From: Desulfatiglandales bacterium
Lineage (GTDB): Bacteria > Desulfobacterota > DSM-4660 > Desulfatiglandales > Desulfatiglandaceae
Length of the DNA: 64,000 nucleotides
Assembly (NCBI GenBank): GCA_963662465.1
Contig: OY759599.1
Span: forward strand, 4,640,001 to 4,704,000
Reading direction: 5' to 3'
Shown: piece by piece, positions 40,748 to 50,456 of the stretch
Position numbering within the stretch: the first letter of the stretch is position 1
Layout: each line of letters begins with the position of its first letter
Notes under the pieces: generated by a model
What the model was told of the DNA's origin: nothing
Databases searched by the model: none
Seen by the model: the letters and a program-made list of their open reading frames with translations, nothing else
Made by a program: the position numbers and the translations under genes

Positions 40748-42588
40748 TCAATTCCCAACCGGCAGCCTCACCTTCATCGTCGTCCCCTCCCCCTCGCTCT
40801 CCACCCGAATCCGGCCGCCGTGCATCTCCACCAGCTGTCTGACCAGGCCAGACCCAGTCCCGTTCCCGGGCTCTTGTCCGTATACCCCCCCTTGACCTGA
40901 TAGAATTCCTCGAAGATTCTTTCCAGATCTTCCGGATGGATTCCGATGCCGGAATCGGCTACGGAGATTTGAATTTTGGATTGTTGATTGTTGATTGTTG
41001 GATTGTTGATTGTTGATGGGTATATTCCGCTTTTAAATCGCCAATCGACAATCCGTGCGGTTACGCGGATGCTTCCCCCGTCGGGCGTGAATTTCGCGGC
41101 ATTTGAAAGCAGATTGTACATAACCTGTTTGAGCTTCCGCTCATCAGCGGTGATTGTAAGCTTCGATGCTTCTTCGGATACCTGAAGTGCAAGGCTTATG
41201 CCATGGTTGTGGGCCTTTTCCTTGATCATAACCAGGCTGTTCTCCAGGAGATCGTTCAGATTCAGCCGGGAAAGCTCGAGGGCCGTCTTTCCCGCTTCCA
41301 CCTTGGAGAGATCCAGGATGTCGTTGATCAGGGAGAGGAGGTGCTTTCCACTGTCATGGATATCCTTCACATAGCCGGTCTGTTTTTCATTGAGGGTCCC
41401 GAAATATTCGGTCCCCATGACCTCTGAAAAACCGATGATGGCATTTAAGGGCGTGCGCAGTTCATGGCTCATGGAAGCGAGAAAACCGCTCTTGGCCTGG
41501 TTGGCCTTGTGCGCCTCATCCATGGCCGCCACAAGCCGCTTTTCCACCAGTTTCCTTTCGGTGATATCCCTGATGACGCCCACGGTTCCCAGAAACACTT
41601 TATGATTTGTCCTGGGGTTGTTGGCCCACAACCCGGAGCTGTTCACTTCGGCCACCACCCCGCCCCTATCCAGAACCTCAACAACACCCGGAACGGCTTC
41701 CCGGTTGCCTTTTGTTTTCAATATCACCTCGAGGCCCATGGTCTTTCGTTTTCCCGTTCGTTTCTCATCAAAAAGCCTGGGGGCGTCCTTATCCCCCAAC
41801 ACTTTTCCCCGATATCGCGGCAACACCTTTGAACGGCTGACATTTACCAGATCGGCGGGAATGATGATCTCGCTGAAATGCTTTCCCATCAGCTCCCCGG
41901 GGTCATACCCCAGGCTTTTTACGGGCTCGTTGATGAAGGTAAACCGTCCTTCCAGGTCAATGCGATATATGATGTCGGGGACCGTGCTCACCAGGGCCTC
42001 GAATCTCGCCTCCGCACGCTCCAGCTCATATACTTTGGCCTCCAGTAAATCCATGGCCTGCCTGAGCCGCTGCCGCGTCACCACGCCGTAAAAGGAGGAG
42101 GAAAAATTGAGACGAAAGTACTGGGCCAGAAAATCGGCATCCCCGCTTTTCAGATCCCAGAGCAGAACAACGGAGGGGATTTCGCCCCCCGACATCATCT
42201 TCCAGCAATAAAAATCGCCGGAAAAAGATTCCGCCTTCAGAATACAGTTCTTTTCGCCGCAAAGGCCGTTGGGACAACCCCCTGGGATTTCAAATGAAAT
42301 GGTCGTCCCCTTCTTCATGTTTTTTGGAACCGCTCCTTTCGTGCCCGCAACCCAATAGCTCGAATCTATCTTATAAAGAAAGGCGGCGCCCTTACAGGCG
42401 CCCAGGGGGGGGTCAATCCCTTCCAGAATAATGTCGACCGCCTCTTCGGGAGTTTGGGCCTTTTCCACCTTTTCCAGAATATGGAAGGCGTGGGCCATCT
42501 TTTCATTATTCTCGACAAATACGGAAAGAAACCCTTCCGTTTCCCTCAACTTTCGCGCCAGTTCTTCATAGCTCGGCTTATCATTCAT
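40748..42588 (-). CDS. PAS histidine kinase with in-frame repeat insertion and 1-nt frameshift near 40848
   Basis: [24 protein letters not shown]; after GTGLGLA the [22 protein letters not shown] tail lies in another frame. Confidence 0.85.
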
Positions 42589-42608
42589 TGGAAACCCCCA
42601 TTCCGCGA

Positions 42609-44129
42609 TCACATCACCTGATTTCGTCCCGCTTTCTTGGCCCGATACATGGCCTCATCGGCCTTATTGAATAAATCTTCCCTGGATTGAATCCCCGCTC
42701 CGGGGTAACCGGCTACACCGATACTGATACTGATCTTAATATGCTTTCCATCGGCCGGAATGGCGTGATCCCAGACCCTTCTTCTCAGCTTTTCCGCCGC
42801 GATCAACGCCACCTCCGGAGGGGTTTCCGGAAGGAGTACGGCAAACTCCTCCCCGCCGTATCGGGCGGTGATATCCGAAACCCGAAGATTGTCCCTGAGA
42901 AGATTCGAGACCGCCTTCAGGACCTGATCGCCGACGGCGTGTCCAAACCGGTCGTTAACGGCCTTGAAATGGTCCAGATCGATCATCATGAAGGTTAAAG
43001 GCGCCCTATGACGATGGGCACGGGAAAACTCCGCCTTGAACCGCTCCTGAAAGTAACGGTGGTTATGAAGACCCGTCAGGTGATCGATGGTTGAAAACCT
43101 CTCAAACTCCCCATTGGAAACGGAAAGCGTCTCCAATGCCATAAGCTTGTCCAGCACCAGACCCGCGTAATTGGCCATGATGGAAATGGGGTCGGTGATG
43201 TCCATTTCCCCGGTCTCCGCCACCAGAATGCCCCGGGTAATTTTCCCCGCCTTCAAGGGAACGATGATCCAGTTCTTCAACCGGTTTACGCCTAACATGA
43301 GTTCCGGCGCACAATCCTTGTGGCTGACCACCCTTCCGGATTCCACGGCCAGCCGAATGGCATCCGTCTCCTCGGGATTCAACCTCAGATTTTCAATATC
43401 ACGGAGCCCTCCGCTCTCCCACGCCCCGGCCAATTGGTCGGAATCCTTTTCCATCATAAACGCCGCGGCGGTCAGGGCCCCGAACTCCCCGACCACCGTT
43501 TCGGTCATGAGACAACAGAGGTGGACGGGATCCATGCACTTGGATATCTCCAGGCTCATGTGATGAAGCGAGGCCATCTGGGCGTTCTGAGCGAAAAGGA
43601 TATCGGTTATCTCGCCAAGCTCTTTTCGCTGCTCCACCACCTCCTGGTGAAGACAGGAAATATTCAGGATCAACCCGGTAAACTGCCCCAGAAACTGGAC
43701 CAATTCCCGCTTATCTTCAGGGAGTTGATCGATTGAAAAAAAGCCGAAGGCCATGGATTTCCCCTTGATGGGAATAAGCATGGGGGCTTCGAACTCGGGA
43801 AAGAGTTCCTTCACCTCCCTGAACCGATCGGGCCAGACCACTATCTGGTCTTGCAGAACGCGCTTGAGGAGATCGGATGCTTCAATATCCAGGCGCCGGC
43901 GTTTGTCGGGGGCCACAAGCTTTCCGTTTCGAACGGTCTCATGGACCCTGCCCGGTTCCAGTGACAGCCACACGGCATTTTTCGACAGTTTCACCCGATC
44001 CCTGATATGATTGGACAATAAAACGGCCAGCGGTTCCAGTTCAGAAAGCTGGGTGGAAGAAAAAATAATATGCTTCAGATCCGTCAACTGCTCGTAAACC
44101 CCCTGGTACAGGTTTAACAGGTCATCCAT
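42609..44129 (-). CDS. GAF-GGDEF diguanylate cyclase
   Basis: DHLTGLHN, DLDHFKAVND.FGH, RYGGEEF, RxxD I-site (RVSD). Confidence 0.95.
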   Translation of the reverse strand: MDDLLNLYQGVYEQLTDLKHIIFSSTQLSELEPLAVLLSNHIRDRVKLSKNAVWLSLEPGRVHETVRNGKLVAPDKRRRLDIEASDLLKRVLQDQIVVWPDRFREVKELFPEFEAPMLIPIKGKSMAFGFFSIDQLPEDKRELVQFLGQFTGLILNISCLHQEVVEQRKELGEITDILFAQNAQMASLHHMSLEISKCMDPVHLCCLMTETVVGEFGALTAAAFMMEKDSDQLAGAWESGGLRDIENLRLNPEETDAIRLAVESGRVVSHKDCAPELMLGVNRLKNWIIVPLKAGKITRGILVAETGEMDITDPISIMANYAGLVLDKLMALETLSVSNGEFERFSTIDHLTGLHNHRYFQERFKAEFSRAHRHRAPLTFMMIDLDHFKAVNDRFGHAVGDQVLKAVSNLLRDNLRVSDITARYGGEEFAVLLPETPPEVALIAAEKLRRRVWDHAIPADGKHIKISISIGVAGYPGAGIQSREDLFNKADEAMYRAKKAGRNQVM

Positions 44130-44185
44130 TTTGAACCCTCCCAATCAACAATCCATCAATCCCCAATCAACAATCCCTAAATCTC

Positions 44186-45382
44186 TCACATTGTTTTCAA
44201 AATCTCCCCGGCGATACGGTCAAGGGGGGCGATCACCTCGATGCCGCCGCCTTTGATCGCCTCTCCGGGCATCCCGAAAATCACCGATGTGGCCTCGTCC
44301 TGGGCGATGGTGGCCCCCCCCCTGTCCCGAATCTCCCGTATGCCGCGGGCGCCGTCATTGCCCATTCCGGTCATGACCACCGCGCAGGCGGCGGGGCCGC
44401 ATACCCTGGCCATGGAAGAAAAAAGAACATCGGCGGAGGGGCGGTACAGGGAGGTGGAGGGTTCCCGGCTCAAGGCGGCATAGAGCTTCCCCGACACCTT
44501 CTTTATGGTCAGGTGCATTCCGGCCGGCGACAAAAGCCCCAGGCCCGGAACGATTGCCTCGAAATCCCGGCAGACCTTGATATGGAGGGGAGAAATCTGG
44601 TCAAGCCTCTCGGCCAGCGCTCCGGTAAACCCCTCGGCGATGTGCTGAACGATCACGAGTCCGGCCGGCAGGTCCCGGGGCAGATTTTCAAGAACCACGG
44701 GAAGGGCCGCCGGGCCGCCGGTGGAGGCGACGATGGCGATGAGTTCTTTTCGAATCCTGACTTTCCGAAGAGGCGTTATCGGAACAGGTCTCTTTTCCCC
44801 GGCCGGAGGCCGCGGCAAAACAACTTTCCGCTTTCCGGGGACCATGGGGATTCGAGCGATGGCGGCCAACTTCACCTTTGTTACCAACTCGTTACGGATA
44901 TCGGCGATATTGAAGGATACGGGACCCGAAGGCTTGCCGATGAAATCCACCGCCCCCAGGGAGAGGGCCTCCATAGTCAGGCGGGCCCCCTCAAAGGTCA
45001 CGGAACTGACCATGACCACCGGGGTCGGATTCTTCCTCATGATGTGCTTAAGGGCGGCGATGCCGTCCATTTCCGGCATGATGACATCGAGCAGGGAGGC
45101 CGTCACCTGGAGCGTCCCCTTTCGAATGGCGCCGAAGACATCCTCCATCCGGTGCCCCACCTCCCGTATCTTGTCCAGCCCCACGAAAGAGGCCGTCCCC
45201 TTCAATGTATGGGCGGCACGGAATATGTCGTTGATCAGTTCCCCGTCATCGGGGGTTTCCTCCAACCGGGCCAGATCCAGGTTCAAGCGGTCCAGGTACT
45301 CCTGGGACTCCTCCAGGAAATCCTCCAGCATCTGGGCCAGAAGCTGCGCGTCCAAATCCGCGTTTTGATGATCGTCGGGCAT
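44186..45382 (-). pseudogene. cheB: In-frame chimera of CheA Hpt domain and truncated CheB
   Basis: IFRAAHTLKG Hpt joined at LLDVIMP to CheB (ASTGGP, VQHI, RPSAD, MTGMGNDG). Confidence 0.85.
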
Positions 45383-45466
45383 TTTGATCTCCCCCCCCTG
45401 GGATTGTTGATTGTTGATTGTTGATTGAAAGGACGTCGCTTCGCTCCGGTTATCAATCGCCAATCA

Positions 45467-45838
45467 TCAATCGAGAATTTTTTCCGTCAACGCAATGAGT
45501 TCCGAAGGTTTGAAAGGCTTCACAAGATAATCCCGGGCCCCCAGGGACATGGCCGTTTTTTTATCCTCCTCCTGCCCCTCGGTGGTGAGCATCATGACGG
45601 GAATGGCGGCGTAGGCATGATCCGCCTTGATCTTTTTCAAAAACCCGAAGCCGTCCAGGCGCGGCATGTTGATGTCAAGAATGATGGCGTCAAATGCTTC
45701 TTTGGCCAGCATTTCCAAGGCCTCCTGACCATCTCCGGCGGAAGTCACCTGAAAGCCCTTGCTCTTGAGCGAGAACTCCACCATTTTCCGAATGCTGGAC
45801 GAATCGTCCACGGCCAAAATCTTCTTCTGAGTGTTCAT
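45467..45838 (-). CDS. cheY: CheY-like response regulator
   Basis: ILAVDDSSSIRKMV, DINMPRLDG, MLTTE, YLVKPF. Confidence 0.9.
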   Translation of the reverse strand: MNTQKKILAVDDSSSIRKMVEFSLKSKGFQVTSAGDGQEALEMLAKEAFDAIILDINMPRLDGFGFLKKIKADHAYAAIPVMMLTTEGQEEDKKTAMSLGARDYLVKPFKPSELIALTEKILD

Positions 45839-45886
45839 CTTGCTCCTCCCTCAACTATTTAATATTCTTGGCGTCTTTGCGAGAGA

Positions 45887-46717
45887 TCATTCCGGTTTTC
45901 TGTACACCACCGATCCCCTGAGCCGCACCACCTCGAAGGGGCTGTCCACATGGGCCAGACTTTCGGCATGGCCCAGCAGCAGATATCCCCCTTTGTTGAG
46001 CGTTCGATATAAATGCTCAATACATCCGGCCTTGGCCCCGTCATCAAAATAGATCAGGATGTTTCGACAGAAAACACAATCCATGGCATGGATCCGACCG
46101 GTGGCAAACGGATCCACCAGGTTGATGCCGGCAAATTTCACCATTCTTTTCACCCTGGGCTTGACCCCATGTTTCCCATCGGTTTCATCAAAGTACTTTA
46201 ACCGATACAGGGGGGGGACATGCCTTATGCTGTAATCATCGTACAGGCCTTCACGGGCGGTTCGAAGAACCCTGGAACTGATATCCGACCCCAGAATCTC
46301 CAACCCGGCCCGTCCGGATTCCAACCCGTTTTCCAACAGGAGCATGGCCAGGGTGTATGGCTCCTCCCCGGTAGAACAAGCGGCGCTCCAGATTCTGAGG
46401 GGCCCCATCCCGCCGTTTCATTCCAGGAGCCGCGGAACGATCTCATGGCTGAAGTCTTCCAACTGATCCGCTTCGCGGAAGAAATAGGTCTCGTTGACGG
46501 TGACGGCATCGATCAACGCCTCCAGCTCCTGTTCACCACCGGGGTCATATTTGAGGAAATAACGGTAATCCCTGACCGTTTCCATGCCGGTGGCCTTGAA
46601 ACGAGTGTTCAGCCTGACCTTTAAAAAGCTCGCCTTGGACTCGGAAAGCCAGATCCCGCTCCGCGCTCTAATGAGATCCCTCAAAACCGTGAAGTCTTCG
46701 TTTGTTAAGTCCATCAA
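45887..46717 (-). pseudogene. cheR: CheR methyltransferase with in-frame TGA
   Basis: TVNETYFFRE...LLE*NGGMGPLRIWSAACSTGEEPY; both halves share a frame, stop at 46418-46420. Confidence 0.88.
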
Positions 46718-48612
46718 TCCCCAATCCCCAATCCCCCAATCACCTTCCTAATCTCTTCATCCGGATCATCCCGCAGCGGCGCCGCCAAAGCGGCCAGTTC
46801 CGGATCCTTCATCCCCTCAAGCGCCTCTATGGCGGCGATGCGCACCGGTCCCACGTCTTCCATGAGGCGACGGCGCAGCGGCGCCATGGCCCTTTCGTCT
46901 CCAATTCTTCCGAGAGCGATCACCGCGGCGTAGCGAACCCAGATGTTTTCATCGGTCAGGGCGCCCAAAAGCGATTCCACGCTTCGAGAATCCCGAAGAT
47001 TCCCCAGGGCCGATGCCGCAAACTTCCGCACCTGCCAGTCCTCGTCCAGCAGGGCCGGCATCAACGGCCCCAGGGCCGAAAGGATCTTGCGCTTCCCCAG
47101 AATGCCGGCCGCAAAACGGCGCACCCCCCGCTCCGAGTTGTTGAGGCCGTCCATCAGATAGGCGTTGACCCTTCGGTCCATGATCAGCCCCAGGCACTGA
47201 ATGGCCGCCTGCCGGATTTCCATCTTTTCATGCCTCAGAAGCGGCGCCACATGGGTAATCACCTCGGGGGTTCCGATCTTTCCCAGGGCTTCGGAGGCCG
47301 ACTCCCGCACATCTCCATGGGAATCCTCCAGCAGGGGGAGCAAATACCGGATGGCTTTGACGGCCTTCATGACCCCCAGGGCGGCGGCACAGGCGCTCCG
47401 CACATGCGCGTTACGGTCGCTTAAATGTTCCATGAGCGGATCCACCACCGACCGATCCTTAAAAAGGGGCAGGGTTTCCGCGGCCATTTCCCGGATGACC
47501 TCATTGCCTTCCTTTAGAGCGGAGACCAGAAGGGGAATGGCTTTTTTGTCCCCGATTTGCCCCAGAATCCCCATGATCTCCTCTTGTATCCTTTCTTCCC
47601 TGCTCCCATAGGCATTCAGCAGGACCAACAGGTTCCGCGCGCCCAGGCGGACGAGGGCGTCACGGGAAAATTCCCGGATCCCTTCATCAAAATCCGCCAG
47701 CTGGTCCAGCAGCAACCCCATGTGACGCTCACTTCCCATGTTTCCCAGAGCCCAGATGGCCGATTTTCTGATCTCGGGATCATGGGTCTTGAGGGCGGAA
47801 GCGATCATCGCCTCCACGTCAATGCCCTTATCTTTTACCCGGTCAAAGACCCCGGTGGGTTCCACCTGCTCGATCCTGGAAAGGGCGGCCAGAGCCGCGA
47901 CCGGAATCATTTCATTTTCCGCGTTCATCTCGCCCATCAGAAAATCCACCCGGCTCGAATCGCCGATCCGGCCCAGGGCCTCGATCACGGCAAGGCGCAC
48001 CCACTCGTCTTCCTTATAAAGCGTCAAGAGATGGGGGACGGCCTCCCGTGCCTTCAGCAATCCCAGGGCCTCCACCGCCGGGTATCGAGCCCATTCGTCT
48101 TTGAGGATATTCAACAGATGGGGGACGGCCTTACTTTCGCTGATCTTTCCCAGGGCCTCGACGGCCGCATAACGGACGTTTTCCTCCGGATCTCGAAGGG
48201 CCTCCCGCAGCGCCGGAAAGGCCTCCTTCAGGCGACTGTTGCCAAGGATCCCCGCCGCGAATATCCGAACGTCGGGATCTTCATCCCCGAGGCAGGCTTC
48301 AACCGGGTGGAGGGCCGGCGGCCCCAGGTTGGCCAGAATCATCATCACCCGCGAGCGCAGGCCGGGATCATCACGGCGAAGGCATTCCAGCAACCTTTCC
48401 ACCAGCTTTTCGTGAGCCACCTCCGTCAATACCTCGGCCACCGCCAGTCGAACCCTTTGGGCCGGGTCGGTGAGACCCTCCATGAGCATGCGGTCCCCCT
48501 CGGGAATCCCCAAACAGCCTATCTCCCGATAGGCCTCCACCCGGACCTCTTCATCTTCCGCTTTCAGTCTCTCCCCGTATTGCGCCAACGCTTCATGTTC
48601 CAAAATCATCAT
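46714..48612 (-). CDS. HEAT/PBS-lyase repeat protein
   Basis: Many D.D..VR.AA..ALG.I repeats. Confidence 0.93.
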   Translation of the reverse strand: MMILEHEALAQYGERLKAEDEEVRVEAYREIGCLGIPEGDRMLMEGLTDPAQRVRLAVAEVLTEVAHEKLVERLLECLRRDDPGLRSRVMMILANLGPPALHPVEACLGDEDPDVRIFAAGILGNSRLKEAFPALREALRDPEENVRYAAVEALGKISESKAVPHLLNILKDEWARYPAVEALGLLKAREAVPHLLTLYKEDEWVRLAVIEALGRIGDSSRVDFLMGEMNAENEMIPVAALAALSRIEQVEPTGVFDRVKDKGIDVEAMIASALKTHDPEIRKSAIWALGNMGSERHMGLLLDQLADFDEGIREFSRDALVRLGARNLLVLLNAYGSREERIQEEIMGILGQIGDKKAIPLLVSALKEGNEVIREMAAETLPLFKDRSVVDPLMEHLSDRNAHVRSACAAALGVMKAVKAIRYLLPLLEDSHGDVRESASEALGKIGTPEVITHVAPLLRHEKMEIRQAAIQCLGLIMDRRVNAYLMDGLNNSERGVRRFAAGILGKRKILSALGPLMPALLDEDWQVRKFAASALGNLRDSRSVESLLGALTDENIWVRYAAVIALGRIGDERAMAPLRRRLMEDVGPVRIAAIEALEGMKDPELAALAAPLRDDPDEEIRKVIGGLGIGD

Positions 48613-48647
48613 CCTTATCCAAAGGCTTTTAAATCCACAATCCGCAA

Positions 48648-49013
48648 TCACAAAAAAAATTTCCCCACCTCTTTCTCTAACGCCATGATATCATAAGGTT
48701 TTGACAAGTATCCATCACACCCGGCATCTCCGGTCCTTCTTTCATCTCCTTTCATGGCATAACCGGTTAAGGCGATAATGGGGATGGTTTTCGTTTCGGG
48801 ATCGGCCTTCAGGAGTTTGCTGGCCTCAAGGCCGTTCATCACCGGCATCTGAATATCCATCAAGATAAGATCCGGCTTTCTCTCCATGGCCAGTTCAACC
48901 CCCTCCCGACCATTGGTCGCCTCCAGGGAACGGTATCCAAACATCTCAAGGACATCCCTTAAAAGCTTAAGGTTCTTGGGATCATCCTCTACAATCAAAA
49001 CCGTCTTTTCCAT
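48648..49013 (-). CDS. Single-domain response regulator (DivK-like)
   Basis: VLIVEDD, LMDIQMP, IIALTGYAM.GD, YLSKP. Confidence 0.93.
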   Translation of the reverse strand: MEKTVLIVEDDPKNLKLLRDVLEMFGYRSLEATNGREGVELAMERKPDLILMDIQMPVMNGLEASKLLKADPETKTIPIIALTGYAMKGDERRTGDAGCDGYLSKPYDIMALEKEVGKFFL

Positions 49014-49046
49014 TTCTATATCCCCCCCTCGAAAATAGTCCTTCCA

Positions 49047-49092
49047 AACTATTAACTTTTAACTATTAACTTTTAACTTTTAACTATTAACT
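49047..49092. repeat. Heptamer tract (TTAACTA/TTAACTT)n
   Basis: Read directly; supplies the stop of 49087. Confidence 0.88.
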
Positions 49093-49602
49093 TGTAACGC
49101 CTTCGGCCGGAAAATAGACGGTAAAAACCGCCCCTTCCCCCGGTTCGCTCTCGGCACGGATATACCCCTTGTTCTGCTTCACGATGCCATAGACCGTGGA
49201 AAGCCCCATGCCGGTCCCCTTTCCCGCCTTCTTGGTGGTAAAAAAAGGGTCAAAGATCCGCTTCAGGATCCTCCGCTCCATGCCCATCCCCTTGTCGGCC
49301 ACCCGAAGCATGACGAATTGTCCGGGCTGAAAATCCGTTTCCGCAATATCTTCCGTGGTCAGGTCCGCCAGTATGCGCCGGTCGTCCCGCCGGTATTTTT
49401 CCGCCAGTTCCCAGGAAAAGAAATCGTCATCGGTCTTCCCGGCGACCTCCTCCTCGCGCATCCCCAGATCCTCGGCCAGAAGGCCGTTGCAGTAGACGTA
49501 CACGGAATTCAAGTCCTTAAAAAAGATCTTCTGGGGCAGATGCTCCAGAAGGGTCTTCAGGAAGTTCGATTTCTTCTCCACCATAGGGTTTTTTACGTTC
49601 AT
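49087..49602 (-). pseudogene. PAS joined to partial HATPase (HisKA deleted)
   Basis: PAS..EDIAE joined to TDFQPGQFVMLRVADKGMGM..GTGMGLSTVYG; no H-box or N-box. Confidence 0.8.
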
Positions 49603-49751
49603 GTGGTTTTCCTCTGTCGCTCGTTTCTGGTTGCTGGTCTTTCCGAAATCCGAAATCATTCCAGTATGCTTGACCGCTACAACGCTTTAAGGTATCTTCA
49701 TCTTTAAAACACAAACCTGAATCCGGCACTTTCTATCTTGGAGGCATAAAA

Positions 49752-50051
49752 ATGCATTCTTTACTCGCTAATGTATCTGAAACGCTTAATATTCCTCCGG
49801 ATCTCATCATCCACATGGGCATCAAGGCGTTCCTGGAAAGGGAGATTCGTCTGGCCGAACTGGACATAGCCGATATCCGGGAAAAATATCTTGTCGCTTC
49901 CAGGGAGGACCTGGAAGAGAAGATACGGAATAGGACCATCCACAGTCACCCTGCATGGGAGGACCTCATCGACTGGGAGAATTCTGAAAAGCATATCCTC
50001 CAGCTGAAGGCGATCATCAAACAGGAATGGACCCATGCTGAAACAGTATGA
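49752..50051 (+). CDS. Probable antitoxin partner of DUF6516/TumE-type toxin
   Basis: GGAGG RBS; ..REKY...HPAWEDLIDWE; overlaps toxin. Confidence 0.7.
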   Translation: MHSLLANVSETLNIPPDLIIHMGIKAFLEREIRLAELDIADIREKYLVASREDLEEKIRNRTIHSHPAWEDLIDWENSEKHILQLKAIIKQEWTHAETV

Positions 50052-50409
50052 ACAGATTGAGCAAATTGCCCATTCCGAATTCCCGGACATCGTGACGTCA
50101 TCCCGGATCATCCACAAGCGCTCACCGGGATCGCCCAAACTGCGTCTCCATTTCAAAGATCAAACATTCATGGATATCTGGCTCAGTGAAACTGGAAAAT
50201 ATTCCTTTCACTGGGAACAAAGGGCCAAGAGGGGGTTGATCCATCGCCATGACAATGCGCCCGATCACCCTGAAATAGACACCTTTCCAAAACACTTTCA
50301 TAATGGCGATGAGCAGAATGTTGTACCGAGTCATTTAACGGATACCCCTATATCGGCAGTGAGAGAGTTCCTTGAATACATCAGGGAATTCCTCGACTCC
50401 CATGGTTAA
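50035..50409 (+). CDS. DUF6516/TumE-like toxin
   Basis: YSFHW...HRHDNAPDHPEIDTFPKHFH. Confidence 0.8.
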   Translation: MLKQYEQIEQIAHSEFPDIVTSSRIIHKRSPGSPKLRLHFKDQTFMDIWLSETGKYSFHWEQRAKRGLIHRHDNAPDHPEIDTFPKHFHNGDEQNVVPSHLTDTPISAVREFLEYIREFLDSHG

Positions 50410-50456
50410 CCGCGCTTTCATTCGGTTCTCGTTGCTGGTCATTCCGCAATCCGAAA

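Noticed and set aside
30565..46420. Selenocysteine or recoded TGA at in-frame stops
   Set aside because: Positions are not catalytic Cys sites, no SECIS was recognised, TGA is a normal stop in many genes here, and a similar case uses TAA.
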